Shown: positions 24,041-43,619, counted from the stretch's first letter. The stretch: DNA of 64,000 bases from the human T2T-CHM13v2.0 reference genome, Homo sapiens (GCF_009914755.1 NC_060943.1), one strand, 5' to 3'. The notes: generated from the letters alone by a model not told the origin. Program-made: numbers and translations.

Positions 24041-26284
24041 GTTAGTGGATATTTTCTTTCTCTTCATGAAAGGCAGTCTTGCTGTTTAGGACTTTGTAAT
24101 GCTTCTTTTCTTTTGAAAATTCCCTGATTAACAGTCCAGGAGCCTAGTTCCCACTTCTCTCAGGGGCCACTGTCTTTAACTCTAATTACCTAATGAGTGA
24201 GTAATAGCTTAGTATAAAAAGTCATGGAGGTCCCTCTGAGATTCCTCTTCCCACCTTGTGTACATTTTAAATTTAGTGTTGACTCTTGTGAAAAGACTTG
24301 ATTTATGTTGTGTGGAATATACATGTGGATATGTTAGTACTAGTGAGTTGGGCTCCAGGTTAAATGTGCATGCAGTGCGTTTCCTATATATAGAATGCAT
24401 TAGGAATTATTCCTCTACCTGAAGTTTTCTCCAAATCTCTAATTATGTCCTTAAGATAAATTCTTTAAAAGTTTTTCTTTACATTTTAAGTATGAATTAC
24501 CAACCTCATTCGTTCACCTGAAAAATCTTATTCTACTTAATTTTTGCAAATTTTATAAATTTAAATAGGTGAGAAGTTGACATGGTACAAAATTTACAAA
24601 CAAATTTCACCCTTAACTCCCAGTTATTTTAAGAAGTTATTCTCACCATGTATCTCATTCAGAGCTATGTTATGCCTTTGCGTGTATACAAAAATACTTT
24701 CTTCCCTTCAAAGTTAATGATTTTTCGTGTCTTGTTGATGAAATTTTTGTCTACCTTTAGGTCCTATTTTTCTTCTAAGATTTGTTTTATCCTTCACAGT
24801 TAAGTTTCTGGTAAGCTTAGACTTGATTTTTGTGGTTTTCTATCATGGTAGGGCTGAAATTACATTAACTTTTTATGTTAAATTTAATTTACATTAGATT
24901 TTTACATTTAATTTACATTAAATTTTTACATTACATGTATAATTTATAATAAGTGAGGCAGAGATTTATTTTTTCAAGTTGGCACAATGGCATTAATTGA
25001 ATTATTCATCTCATTCTCACTAATTTGAAATGCCACCTATATCATGCACTAAATTCCTGTGTGTATTTGGTTCTGTTGCTGTACTACACTCAGTTTTACT
25101 TGAATTTCTGCTTTTAATCTTTTAATTTTTAAATATTATATTGCACATGTATAAGAAACAATGTATAAAAAGGAATCCTTAATTCTCCCACTGTGAAATT
25201 CCCCTCCTCACATTTTTTCTAAGTGGAAAATGTGTTTTCATGACATACATGAGTGTCAGATGTCCATAATTAATGCTTAATTAATTTATATGCTTCATAT
25301 GGAAAGTTACGTTAAATTAATTTTGAAACACTGCTTTTTTTTCTTGTGCTGTCAGAGTTCATGAGATATTAAAAAACATTTACATGGATTCTGGGCATCT
25401 GTGTCTTCCTCAGCATTAAAACCATTTTGTGAGTTACCTAACATAATTTTCCAAAGATACAGACCTTTTAGTTTGTGTGCCTCATGTTGTCATTAAAATT
25501 CTACCTGAAGTCACAAGCACCATACACAACAGAATTAGTCCCCTCCAATTTGCCCTATAGAAGTAAGTTGGGATCTCCACAATACAACTTACTGTCTTTA
25601 GTTTTGATATTTAACCTCATACTCCTGAATAATGTTCCATACACTATTTCTTGATTATTTTAGTTTTAGAAATGATCCAGTAACCTACTACTATAGATGA
25701 TAAAGATGCAGTCCATTAACCCCACCACCTGAAATGCACACACACATGCTTATTTGATAGACTGTAAACATTATTCACTATTTTTGTTTTAAGTCAGTGT
25801 TCAGCGTAGCTTGGTGTCTTTCATCAATTTGGAAATTTTTCAACCACAAATATTCTGAAACTTTCCTCTTTTTCTAAGATCACAATTATATACATAACTG
25901 ACACTGTTTTATATGTCACTTAAATGCTTTAATTCTCTCTTTAATTCTCTAATCTCCTGTTAAGCCCATAATGGAATTCTTAACTTCTGTTATTGCATAC
26001 TTAGTTCTAGAATTTCTATTTAATTGTTTTATGTAATTTTCTATTTTCTTCCTGAATTCACTACCTTTCCTTTTAGCTCCTTAAAAATATTATCATAATA
26101 TTTTGGTATCCTTGTTGGATAATTCCATTATCTGGATCTCTTATGTGTTTCTATTTTGTGATGTTTTGAAAATTATCTTGTTTTTTGTCTTAAATGCCTC
26201 ATTTTGGGTTTAGTGCTAGACTTTATATATTTTTAAAAGATAGTTTGAAGCTTTGATGTCCTCCTCTTGAGAAGGTCTGCTTAA

Positions 26285-27350
26285 AAAATAAATTTTATTT
26301 TTTAGAATAGTTTTAGATTTGTAGAAAAATTGCAGAGATAGTGTAGAGAAATCTTATACCACACCAAGCTTCCCCTATTAATATTTTACATTAGTGTGGT
26401 ACTTTTGTTAAAATTAATGAACCAATATTGATATGTTATTAGTAACTAAAGTCCGTGCTTAGTTTAGATTTTCTTTCATTGTTTTAACTTTTTAATTTTT
26501 TTTTTTTTTTTTTTGAGACAGAGTTTCACTCTGTCACCCAGGCTGGAGTGCAGTGGCAGGATCATAGCACACTATAACCTGCCTCTCCAGTTCAAGCAAT
26601 TCTTGTGCCTCGGCCACTCGAGTAGCTGGGATTATAGGCATGCACCACCATGCACAGCCAATTTTTGTATTTTTGGTAGAGGTGGGGTTTTGCCATGTTG
26701 TCCTTGCCATGCTATGTAGGCTGGTCTTGAGCTCCTGGCCTCAAGTGATCTACCGGCCTTGGCCTCCCAAAGTGCTGGGATTATAAGTGTAAGCCACTGC
26801 ACCCGGCCAGGCTTTCTTAGGTTTTATCTAATGTTTTTTTTCTGTGCCAGGATTCTATCTAGGAAATTACATTACATTTAATAGTCATATTTCCTAAGAC
26901 TCCTCTTAGCTGTGATAGTTTTTCATACTTTGCTTATCGATGACCTTGTCAGCTTTGAGGAATACTCAGTTATTTTGTAGAATGTCTCAAATCTGATGCT
27001 TTTTCATGATTAGACTAGGGTACTGTGTTTTGGGGAGGAAGACTGCAGAGGTAAAGTTCCTTTTTCATCACATCAAATCGGGTGCACACTGTAAACATGA
27101 TTTATTACTGTTGATGTTAATAGATGTTAACTTAATTAACTTTGAGGTAGTGTTTGTCAGGTTTCTCTATAATAAGGTTACTCTTTTTTCCCTCACTTTT
27201 CCATACTGTACTGTTTGTAAGGAAGTCACTATGCACAACCTACACTCCAGAAGTGGGAAATTATGTTCTACCTCCTTAAGGGCAAACATAAATCATTTGA
27301 AAGATCTTCTAAATGAGATATTTGCCTATTTTCCTCATTTATTTATTTAG
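26285..27350 (-). mobile_element. L1MC-like fragment containing an antisense Alu (~26493-26808)
   Basis: Old L1 3' UTR text (ttttagaatagttttagatttgtagaaaaattgcagagatagtgtagaga...) interrupted by an Alu. Confidence 0.7.
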
Positions 27351-28555
27351 TCTTAATTTAGTCACTTAGTATTAATCCTCCTGGAAATTTCATAAATTAT
27401 CTGATACCTTGCAATAAATGGTTGTGTCCTTAAAAAGAAAAAAGAATTACAAGCTCTTCAGATGCTATCCATTGGGATTTACTTCATTGGTTATAGCATT
27501 ATCAGTTAAAAAAAATCACTACATATACATGCATACATATATGTAAAGTTATTCTATAGATATTGGTAAAATTCTGGTAGTATATATACTAGATTATTAA
27601 CCATAAGTACCAGGATCAAAAGCAGTTTTTTCTGTGGGAACAGCCAAAGCTCCTCTGTCCTTAATAGTCAGCAAAATTATCCTAAATATTGGAAAGAATG
27701 TGAACACCTTTTGCTTGCATTGAGGAATACATCTCATTTTATAAGAATATGTGAAATGATGGTTCTTAGTTCTCAACTCACTAGAAGGTGAAAACTAGAA
27801 TTCAGTAAAACTGAGTACACAGAGAAATGTAAACAATTTTGTAATTCTTTTATATGAAAAATATATTAAACATTTTCCTAAAGGTATGTATATCTTCTAA
27901 AGTCCCGTACATTGAATATCTGTTTAAAATGTGCTTTTAAACACTAATCTTCAGAACAAAGACATGATACAGAGATTACTGTTTAAAGCGAATTAAAATG
28001 TGCTCATAACCTTGTCTTTAGTTATATTTTTGATAACTTTGCAAATCAGGCACTAAGATTAAGAAGATATTCATTTTCAACGGAAGTAAATCTGAAGGTG
28101 AAAAATGCCCACAATAACTTTTAAAATTTCTTACAAGCTGCTGGTGATTATAACTGGTCATTAATTTTTCTCTAAGAATATTTAAAAGTTATAACTTCAA
28201 TTTCATTTTGTTCTGCAACTGTGGGTTCTACCAACCGTGGGTGGAAAACACAGTATTCACTGATGCAGACCTAAGAAAATTGCATTCTTAAACATGTTTT
28301 TATTATTTAAGAAAAAAAAATCAGCTACATTAGTTCAATGCCTTTCTCCAGCCCCTGCCAATAAAACTTGGATCCCATGGAGTATCATTTGAAAAATATC
28401 AGTTTAGATATTCCTTTTATGCTTTTGAAGATTCAACACAGGTGTGTGTTCTCCCTTGAAGCCGTCTTCACTGCCTTGTAGTTATGCACCCATATTTCCC
28501 TATGTTCGGAATCGATTGGCCCCATTGTACCCAATGCAGTTAAACACTTCCATAA

Positions 28556-28849
<294 letters not shown>

Positions 28850-29568
28850 TAATCTACCTTTAAGGAACTTTTTTGTCTATATATTATTAAATTTGCTTTT
28901 ATTATATGTAGGTCAGAATGGAATTTGGGAATGGAATCTGAGAAACAGAGGATATTGAGGGACTGAAGAAAACTTGAGATTTAGAGTTAGTGAATTTGGA
29001 GAATATCAAATATTCCATGCATACACCCTTAAGGCAATTGGGAACACAAGACACAATGTGAATCTCACCAGTCTCCTCAGTTTCCTTGTTCTCTCTCTCC
29101 TACAGAATTACTATCACCACTAGACAACAACAAGTTTCACAAAGAATATATAGCTAGATTACTATAAATTCAGAATATCACTTTTAAAATCTGTATCTTT
29201 GTATTAAGTAACAAACTGAAGACACAAACTGAAAATGGCTTCAGATCACTTACTGTTAGGGAAATTCCTATGGACCTTTCTTCTAAGCACTGGGGCCACC
29301 CCATTGGCTAGATTAGCTTTCTGTTCTCCAGAAGCCCTTTTGATTATGCTTGTGGTTCATTGAGCTTCTTGAAACTAAATTTATATCTTAAACCAAATTT
29401 GGGAGATTTTTAGCCATTATTTCTTCAAATCTTTTTTTCTGTTCTTTTCTGTTTTGGACTTCAGTTACACCTATGTTAGATTGTTTGATATTGTGCCCTA
29501 GGTAACTAAGGATTGTTTCACTTTTAAAAATCTTTGTTCTGTTTTAATTTTAATTTTTCTCTCGCTCT

Positions 29569-30185
<617 letters not shown>

Positions 30186-30907
30186 TGATTCATAGTCAAA
30201 TTCCCTGACTCTATCCTTACCCTCAATGTTTGGTTAGGTGCATCTAGTGAATTTTTAAGTTTCAGATGTTATATTTGTTAAATTATATAATATTTATTTG
30301 GTTCTTCTTGTAGTTTCGTTTCTGAGATATCCTGTGTGTACATTTATTTCAAGCATATTTGCCTTTATATTCTTAAGTATTGATATAATAATAGCTGTTT
30401 TTAAATCATGTGCTATTTCTTCTTCGTTATTGCAGTGTGAGCGTCTATTGCTTGCTTTTTCTAACGGGCATGATTCACTTTTTCCTTTTCTTATGTCAAG
30501 TAATTTTGAATTTTATCATGTATACTTAAATAAAACATTGTAGAGCCTCTGGATTCTGTCATATTCCCCTAAAGAGTATTGATTTTTTTCTAAAGCAGGC
30601 AATTATCTCAAAACTTCAAACTGTTTCTAGGGACCTTTTAAAATACCTCATTTACTACTGTGTGATAATATTCAGAAAATGTTGGGCTAAATTTCTGCCC
30701 TCAAGCCCCTCATAAAATAGTTCACAGAGTTAACTGTTAGCAGTCTTACTAGGCTATTCCAGAGTTTTATGTAGTCTGTCCTTCAGATGTGCTTTATCTC
30801 TTATCTAGTATTCCTACTATATCATTCCACCAGAATTAAGGTACTGGCTTTTAGTTCTGAAATAACCCAAAACATGACCAATTTTCATGTCTTTTTTTTA
30901 TATGTAG

Positions 30908-31003
30908 GTCTTTGCATTTCTAAGCCATATGTGATCTCCTTATTGGAGCAAGGGAGAGAGCCTTGGGAGATGACGAGTGAGATGACAAGAAGCCCATTCT
31001 CAG
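30908..31003 (+). CDS. ZNF471: ZNF471 KRAB-B exon
   Basis: 96 nt, (G)LCISKPYVISLLEQGREPWEMTSEMTRSPFS(D); tag| and |gtgagt. Confidence 0.97.
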
Positions 31004-32132
31004 GTGAGTGTGGAAGAACCAGAGAGGGGAATCTTTTTGACATAATGGCTCAGCCATTTTTAGAGGTGATACCTTCTCACTTATGCATCTCAGAAACTCT
31101 TCATAAGCCTTACAGGCCTGGAGAGAAAACTGAAACTTTATGCTTCACATGGGCCCCTCAAATATCTTCTCTTCCACTTGACTGTCTTCTCTCTAAGAAC
31201 TAATATTCTGTAGAGATTAGAGAATCTTAAATCTCTAAGATTTTTGTTTTGCAAAAATCATTATCCAGCTCCTTACCATCCCGTCTTTCGCTTTGCCATA
31301 CAGACTTATATAAACTTCTATGTTTCTTAAATCTTTTCTTAACTCTTGAATTAGGTACTGCTTACAAATTATAATGTACCCTGCTGCTCTTTCATTCCTT
31401 TCCTGTAGCAGATAGGAAAAATCTAAACCCTGTTAGCCTCTTCCTGATCAGCTCCTTCCTAATTCTATAACCTCATTCTTTATTACTTTTTAGCTTTTTC
31501 ATTATACTTTAGTCCAGAGTTTGCTAAATTATGTGAGATACCCAGGGTATGTTTCAAGTGAGTTACAGGTATACCAAGCTACTGAGTCTCTCAAGAGCCT
31601 TGGGAGACTAGATGGCTCCAGAGGTAATTCCAAATCTGATTGCCTCTGAGTCACAGGCAGTATCATTCTTTTGCCTGCTCCACCTGTGTTTTACAAATGT
31701 CATATTAGGGTCAACTTTTCTGAACTCACCAAGCTTTTTACTGACTCAGGCATATGCACTTCCTGTTTCCTCTACCCAGAGTGTTCCTCTCCTGGGGTCT
31801 GTCTATCCTGAATATCAAATCAGAGCTAAAAAATCATCTCATCAGAGGCCTTCCCTAACCACCTTATGTGATGAACATTTCCCCATCCCAACCCAATAAC
31901 TGTCCACCAAGCCACTGTTTATTTTCTTTCTAACACTCAGGAAAGCCTACAATTAACTTGCTTATGTTTAATGCTTATATTCTGCCTCTCCCACTGAAAT
32001 TAAAGTTCCAAAAGAAAAGGGCATATCAATATATGCCCTTACAATTATGGCTTAAAGCATTCTCCTTTCCCTTCTGTAACAGTGTTTGATCTTTTAGAAT
32101 AATTTGGATCCTAAATTTCCCGTGTCCTCCAA

Positions 32133-32491
32133 ATACAATAGTCCCCCTATTCAAGGTTTTGCCTTCTGCAGTTTGTTACCCACAGTCCACCACTGTCCAA
32201 AAATATTAAATGGAAAATTCCAGAAGTAAACAATTTATATGTTTTAAATTGTGCACCATTCTGAGTTGTATGACGAAGTCTTGCACCTTTCTGTTCTGTC
32301 CTGCCCAGATCATGAATCATCCCTTTGTCTAGCACATCCATGCTGTATGCCCTACCTGCCTTTTAGTCTCTTAGTCTCGTCTAGCTTTTCAGATCTGTTG
32401 TGTGTAGTGAATATAGGGTTCAGTATCATTCCGGGTTTCTGGCGTCCACTGGGTCTTGAAATGTATCCACTGTGGATAAGGAGGGATGACT
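32133..32491. mobile_element. MER2-like (Tigger) DNA transposon
   Basis: gtccccctattcaagg...aaaatattaaatggaaaattccagaagtaaacaatt...ggataaggagggatgact. Confidence 0.75.
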
Positions 32492-32959
32492 ATACCCACA
32501 CATCAGAAGGGAAATAGACCCTGCTTGGATGTACTTTATACTTTGGTTTTGTATGAAGATGCCATCTGCCTCAAATAGAGAAACAGAAAAGAACTTTCCT
32601 GATAATTGGCCCTGTGAAGAACAAGTGGAAGAAGGGAAAAGGGGAAAAGGAAGAAGCTATAAGTCTGGTGGGATGCTGAGTCAATGTGTAGATATAAGTA
32701 TTATTGTATGCATAAGATATCTTAGTGTCTGTTAAAAAAGGCCAGGAAATGAGGAACAACCATGGCTCTCTGTAGGAAATTGGAGTTGAAGACAATCTTC
32801 ATGTGACAATAAAGTAAAATGTGAGAAAACAGTAGATGATGGACTCAGCATTCTGTGTCTTTTTCTAGTATTGTTCTCTTCAGTCTGTCTACGTAGGAAA
32901 AATTATAGGTGATTAGTTCATTAACCCCACATTGCCTCAATTCTTGAAGCATGGGTGCC

Positions 32960-34650
<1,691 letters not shown>

Positions 34651-35151
34651 TTTGTTATAGCAACCCAAGTTATTCAAGACACTGGATATTCCTGATACCA
34701 TGAAGACCTGGACTACAAAGCATGTTAATACCTCAAAACCTTTCTTGACTGCTCTAGTGGATTTGATCTCTCCCATCTCTGAACTTTTATAACAATTTAA
34801 TCTTTATCTCACACTTGATTATGTTTTGTATTATCTTCTCAAAACTTTTTTTGTTGGTCTTGTCTTCCTAAATTACTTTCTAAACTTTTCAAGAACAATT
34901 CCTTCATTACTTTGATATCACAAATGCTTAGTGCATAATGTATAATTGCTTAGGAAATATTGGATTAGTCGATGATTTGCTATGGATGACATAGAAAAGG
35001 AAAGCCCTTCCTTTGCCTTTTCTTGAAACCACCTTTTCCCTCAGGTTTTCTCTCAGTATCATCTCTTCAATACAAATTTCTTTATATTTTACTGATAACT
35101 TTGTATATATGCCCAGATTTCTTCTATCTATGGTAAGTGATGTAGCAATAT

Positions 35152-35462
<311 letters not shown>

Positions 35463-36234
35463 GATGTTGCAATAATTTTTAAAGCACATTTATTCCTTCT
35501 GTAAACTTATATTCTAGGTCAGGAGTTAAGAAAGTTACTCGTGGTAGTAAATAAGAATGTGATTAATAGTAGTTATATCAACCTACATATCATTATAAAA
35601 TTCATTTCTTCAAAAGGGGAAATGGTAAAACCCTGTTAAGCAGTGGCTTAAGGTGCTGGGTGCAGTGGCTCACACCTGTAATCCTAGCTACTCAAGAGAA
35701 GGTGGGAAGATTGCTTAAGCCCAGGAGTTAGTGAGCCATGATCATGCCACTGCACTCCAGCCCGGACAACTGAGTGAAACCCTCTTTTTTTTTTTTTTTT
35801 ATAAAAAGGTGGTCTAAGAGGTGATAATTTTACCAGGCTGTTGAAAGTAAGATGAAAGGGAAAATCTCTTAATATGCAGATTAAAGTTCAGGGAACTCTG
35901 AGAATTGGAGAGTTTGCTGTATTGAAACATGTAGATGATTTCATAGGAACACCATTTTCACATTATGAAAAGATAACCATAGGATTTCACCTAAATCCTA
36001 AGATAATCACAAGCCATAGGGTATATGGTTACTGGAGATCTCCAGAGACTTTTCAGCAGCAGTAGTGATACGATATTGGTATTTAAACAAAGTTAACATA
36101 ACTGTATATGAAAACCAATTACAAGTGGAAGAGAGTAGATGAAGAGAGCTTAATTTATAGTCTGTTAGGTCAATACAGGCATGAAATATTACCATTGCAG
36201 ACTACTTCTCTAGGATTTCATCCTACATTGAGGT

Positions 36235-36546
36235 TTTTGTTTTTGTTTTTTGTTTTTGTTTTTGTTTTAAGACAGGGTCTTGCTCTGTTGCCTAAGCTGG
36301 AGTGCAGTAGGGCAATCATGGCTCACTGCAGTCTCAACCTCCTGGGCTCAAGTGATCCTCTGACCTCAGCCTCCTGAGTAACTGGGAATATAGGCATGTA
36401 CCACCATGCTTGACTAATTTTTGTGTTTTTTGCAGAGATGGTGTTTTGCCATGTTGCCCAGGCTGGTCTTGAACTCCTGGGCTCAAGCAATCCACCTCAG
36501 CCTCCTAAAGTGCTGGGATTATAGGCCTAAACCACTACACCTAGCC
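36235..36546 (-). mobile_element. AluJ-like
   Basis: (TTTTTG)n tail plus antisense Alu. Confidence 0.88.
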
Positions 36547-36741
36547 CATTTCGCTTTCTTAGTCACCTCTCCCATGTTCCTTCATGAGCTGTCTTTCTTG
36601 GGGTCTCCCTGAATGTTTTCCAGTTGACATGCCTGTACATAACAGGTTTTGTGAGATTTATTAAATATTTTTAAATTACCTTTTTCACAATGTCTCCTTT
36701 GTTGTAGCCCATGATAAAGGGAACATTCACTTTTTTTTTAA

Positions 36742-38376
<1,635 letters not shown>

Positions 38377-40240
38377 GAATGTAGTGCATGTGGCCAAGCC
38401 TTTAGTTATCACCAATCCCCTACTGTTAATCAGAGATGTCCCACTGGATAAAAAACATATAAATGTAAGAAATGTAGAAAAACCTTCAGCCAGGAGGCTG
38501 GCAAGATGGCCGAATAGGAACAGCTCTGATCTGCAGTTCCCAGTGAGATCAACGCAGAAGGTGGGTGCTTTCTGTATTTCCAGCTGAGGTACCTGGCTCA
38601 TCTCATTGGGACTGGTTAGACAGTGGGTGCAGCCCACGGAGGGTGAGCTGAAGCAGGGTGGGGCATAACCTCACCTGGGAAGTGCAAGGAGTCGGGGATC
38701 TCCCTCCCCTAGCCAAGGGAAGCCATGAGGGACTGTGCCATGAGGAATGGTGCACTCCGGCACAGATACTACGCTTTTCCCATGGTCTTCGCAACCCACA
38801 GACCAGGAGATCCCCTTGGGTGCCTATGCCACCAAGGCCCTGGGTTTCAAGCACAAAACTGGGCGGCCATTCGGGCAGACACCGAGCTAGCTGTAGGAGT
38901 TTTTTTGATAGCCCAGTGGCACCTGGAATGCCAGTGAAACAGAACCGCTTACTCCCTTGTTAAGGGGGCTGAAGCCGGGGAGCCAAGTGGTTCCCATGCC
39001 CACTGAGCCCAGCAAGCTAAGATCCACTGGCTTGGAATTCTCCCTGCCAGCACAGCAGTCTGAAGTCAACCTGGGATGATCAAGCTTGGTGGGGGGAGGG
39101 GCGCCAACCATTACCAAAGCTTGAATAGGTGGTTTTCCCCTCACAGCGTAAACAAAGCCATGGGGAAGTTCCAGCTGAGCAGAGCCCTCCACAGCTCAGC
39201 AAAGCCTCTGTAGCCAGACTGCCTCTCTAGATTCCTCCTCTCTGGGCAGCGCATCTTTGAAAAAAGTGCAGATAAAACCCTCATCTCCCTGGGACAAAGC
39301 ACGTGGGGGAAAGGGGTGGCTGTGGGCACAGCTTCAGCAGACTTAAACATTCCTGCCTGCCAGCTCTGAAGAGAGCAGCAGTTCTTCCAGCACAGCGCTT
39401 GAGCTCTGCTAAGGGACAGACTGCCTCCTCAAGTGGGTCCCTGACCCCCATGCCTCCTGACGGGGAGACACCTCCCAGCAGGGGTCCACAGACACCTCAT
39501 ACAGGAGAGCTCTGGCTGGCATCTGGTGGGTGCCCCTCTGGGACAAAGCTTCCAGAGGAAGGAACAGGCAGCAATCTTTGCTGTTCTGCAGCCTCCACTG
39601 GTGATACCCAGGCAGACAGGGTCTGGAGTGGACCTCCAGCAAACTCCAGCAGACCTGCAGCCGAGGGGCCTCACTGTTAGAAGGAAAACTAACAGGAATA
39701 TAATCAACATCAACAAAGGACATCCACACAGAAACCCCATCTGAAGGTTACCAGCATCAAAGACCAAAGGTAGATAAATTCACGAAGATGAGGAGAAACC
39801 AGTGCAAAAAGCCTGAAAATTCCAAAAACCAGAATGCCTCTTCTCCTCCAAAGGATCACAACTCCTTGCCGGCAAGGGAACAAAACTGGATAGAGAATGA
39901 GTTTGACAAATTGACAGAAGTAGGCTTCAGAAGGTGGGAAATAACAAACTCCTCTGAGCTAAAGGAGCATGTTCTAACCCAATGCAAGGAAGCTAAGAAC
40001 CTTGAAAAAAGGTTAGAGGAATTGCTAACTAGAATAACTAGTTTAGAGAAGAACATAAATGACCTGATGGAGCTGAAAAACACAGCATGAGAACTTCGTG
40101 AAGCATACAGAAGAAAAACCTTCAGCCAGATTGAATGCTTTACAGGGAAGAATTCATACTGCAGAGCGGTCTTAACAATGTAAAGAATGTGCAAATGTCC
40201 TCAGACAAGATGCACACCTTGCTCATCAGTGAGTTCATTT
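38377..40240 (+). pseudogene. Decayed extra zinc fingers (16-18) in the ZNF471 3' UTR, split by L1
   Basis: In frame after the stop: ECSACGQAFSYHQSPTVNQRCPTG*KTYKCKKCRKTFSQ. After the L1: ...RIHTAERS*QCKECANVLRQDAHLAHQ*VH. Confidence 0.85.
38494..40111 (+). mobile_element. L1PA7/8-like 5' UTR plus ORF1 N-terminus, 3'-truncated, with 18-bp TSD
   Basis: Starts gaggctggcaagatggccgaataggaacagctc. ORF1 MRRNQCKKPENSKNQNASSPPKDHNS... at 39788. TSD AGAAAAACCTTCAGCCAG at 38476-38493 and 40112-40129. No poly(A). Confidence 0.93.
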
Positions 40241-40380
40241 CAGGCAGCCAGCTCTTCCTCACCCACTACATCACCAAGTCCTGTGGATATATCTGCTAAA
40301 TATTTTTGGAATTTATCCACTTCTTTTGGTTCCCCAGTCCAAAACACAGTCATTTCACCTGGACTATTTCAATCATTACA

Positions 40381-40570
40381 CAGGTGTCCAACCTTTTGTC
40401 TTCCCTGGGCCACACTGGAAGAAGAAAAATTGTCTTGTGCCACACATACAATACACTAACATTAACAATAGCTGATGAGCTAAGAAAAAAAAAAAGTCTG
40501 TGCATAGTTTTAGTGATACACCACCTCCGATAAGCAAAAAAGTCCTCACATTCAATGGGTTGCATACCCA
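40381..40570 (+). mobile_element. MER30-like DNA transposon
   Basis: caggtgtccaaccttttgtcttccctgggccacactggaagaagaaaattgtcttg...aatagctgatgagctaa. Confidence 0.75.
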
Positions 40571-42693
40571 TGAATTCTAAAACTTCATCCTCTTTTGTCC
40601 CTTTCGAGTTAACATTACAGCCACAGTGACCTTTCAAAAATGCAAATTAAGTTACTCTTAAAACTCTAGTTAAAATACTTGATGTACATAAAGTGCTTAG
40701 CAAAATGACCAACTCATACTAAGTGCTTAGTAAATGTTAGATAAGTATTCTCCAGAGTTGATGTAAATTATTTTTAAACAGTGCATTCTTGAAAGCAGTA
40801 TGGCAGTCATAAAAATTTTGGAACCAAAACAGTATCTTTTTTTAAGCTAAAAAAAAGTTTTAAATGGTGTCTTTCTATGTTGCCCAGGGTGGTCTCAAAC
40901 TCCTGTGCTCAAGTGACCCTCCCACCTCATTCTCAAGTGGCTGCAATTACAGGCAACCAGCCTGACTTAAAACAGTATCTTAAGGTAGATGGTGATTAGC
41001 ACATGTAGTATGCTTAACATTTAATATTATAATAAGACATCACAGCGGCTGTCTCATGATTAAGGCTGTGTTCCCTTGTTGGTGAGGAAATTAATTATGA
41101 CTTGATAAATAGAACATGTTTTAAGAAGTGGCTATATAGCTCTGGATAAAACGAACAAAAGAATTAGAATTCCTGCGGGGAATATATACAAGACTTTATT
41201 TAGTCAAGTAAAAAAAAATCACTAATGTTTAACTGAAGAAAGAGAAATTGAATAATATAGTTCTATTTCAACATGTGGGTTCACAGATTTATTCTAACCT
41301 TCCAAGTAAAGTTGTTCCACTAGTAAAGTTGTTCTGGAGTATATTTTTTTTAAAAAAAACACTTAAAATGTTCCACTTCTTTCATGAGGCTAAGTCAACT
41401 CTGATATCAAACCAAGGGGAAAGAAATGAAATTATAGGTGAGTTTACTTAGTTATATACAAAAGGAAATTATTAGCCTCTGCTGATGGAGAACAGAGGCT
41501 GTGAATAAATGGAGATCCATAACATGATCCTACATGAATGTTTCAATATTGTAATCCTGTAAGTTACTTTTACATTGACAGTTCTGAAATTCATGTTGAG
41601 TGTTAATTAGGCAGGAATCAGAAGGGAGGTTTTGTAGAAGGTCGTATCCATGGGTTTTTTATATTTGAAAAGTGTTTTCGATGTATCATTGGGGGAGATT
41701 AAATGTCTTTGACAGTTGTCCAACTAGAAATAAAGTCAGCATCCCATTTGACTCCTTACACAGAAGTTCATTCTATACTCATTACAGATGTAAGAGGAAA
41801 TACTGTTAAGATGGTAGAGGAGAATGTAGAGTATTTCTGTGCCTTTAGGTTCAGGAGGTCTTTGATAAGCAGGACAAGGTCCAGAAGCCATGAAGAGAGA
41901 ATGACAGGACTGTGTAGAAGATTTAAACCTTTTTCATGGCGTAAGATACTGTATGCAAAGTTAAAAGGCATATGACAGGCTGAGAGATATCTTAAACATA
42001 CATTAGAAAGGATATAGCCCTTGAAAAAGGGCTGTTGGAAAGCAGCAAGGATAAGGTGCACAGTCTTGCAGAGCATGTCAACAAAATTTATTGGATGAAG
42101 AAATTAAAATGGTTAAATAGAAGAAGTTCTCAACCTCACTAATGATCAGATAAGTGCAGATTGTAAAAGTCCTCATCCCCACCAACACAAACCAGCAGAA
42201 ATTTTATGTGAATGTGAAGTTTGGATAATATCCAGTATTGTCGCAGGTGTGAGAAACCGTATTTTCAAATATTGAGAGGGTAAATTAGAGGAAAGCCATT
42301 TTAGAGGGCAATGTGGTGTTATCTGTCAGCATTTTGAATATAATTACCCTTTGCCACAATTCTACACCTAGTCAGTTATGTTCTCAAAAAGCACAAGTGC
42401 AGAAATATAGATGCATAAGCAAATGTGTTGCAGAATTGTGAAAAATTTGGAAAAAATGTTTAGTGCTATTAAAGTTATGGGTTACTTAAGTTACAGAAAA
42501 TCAGTTTAGTAGATCACTGTGTAGTTACGGAAAATGAGATGGATCTCTACTCAAAGATGTCTTGCAGTTTATGAACTGAGATGTAACTTCATGACTAACA
42601 TGATGACATCGTTATTAACTACATAAACTTTATAAAGCTTAAAAAATGCATTCATAGTATCTTATTTGTTGTTTTTGTTTACAATACAAATAG

Positions 42694-43060
<367 letters not shown>

Positions 43061-43619
43061 GTATATGGTTCATTTAAATCAAATGAGATACTCCTTGAGA
43101 CATGGGGGAAGTTGAATGTGAGTTATCCTTTGGCCAAGACTTAAAGATGGTATATGAGTTTGTCTGCTGTGCTCCCTAGACCTGACCCGATTCATGCTTC
43201 TGCCAGGTTGTAAACCTGTTTTGTCCTGCTGAATTGGCAGAGTAGTCCCAAAAGAACTGTAACTAAGGTATGCACATACTGAAGAAAGGGATATAGTATT
43301 TCTGGGAGAGCCCTAAGGAAGGTAGACTTCTGTTGCAGTCATTCTGAAGAATTATGGGTGGTGATTCTTGCACAAGCCCAGCTCATACATCTAGGCTAGA
43401 TGATGCTTAGATATCTTTATCAGTGCCTGGGGATGTTTTAAGGCCTCTGGTTGGGTTTAAGCCTGCTGGGAAAAACCTCGGCTAAAAACAGTTGAAAAGC
43501 TTTTCCTGATCCTGTGCTTGAGAGCAGCATTTTACCTCTAGGGAGTGCTTTACTTGCCATCCATAGGATGCTAGGCACATTTCAAAGAAGGACTGTTTTA
43601 GGAAAGTGGTTTCTTATCT

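Noticed and set aside
39788-40090. L1 ORF1p as an expressed protein
   Set aside because: Only 100 aa, with a premature TGA, and located in a 3' UTR.
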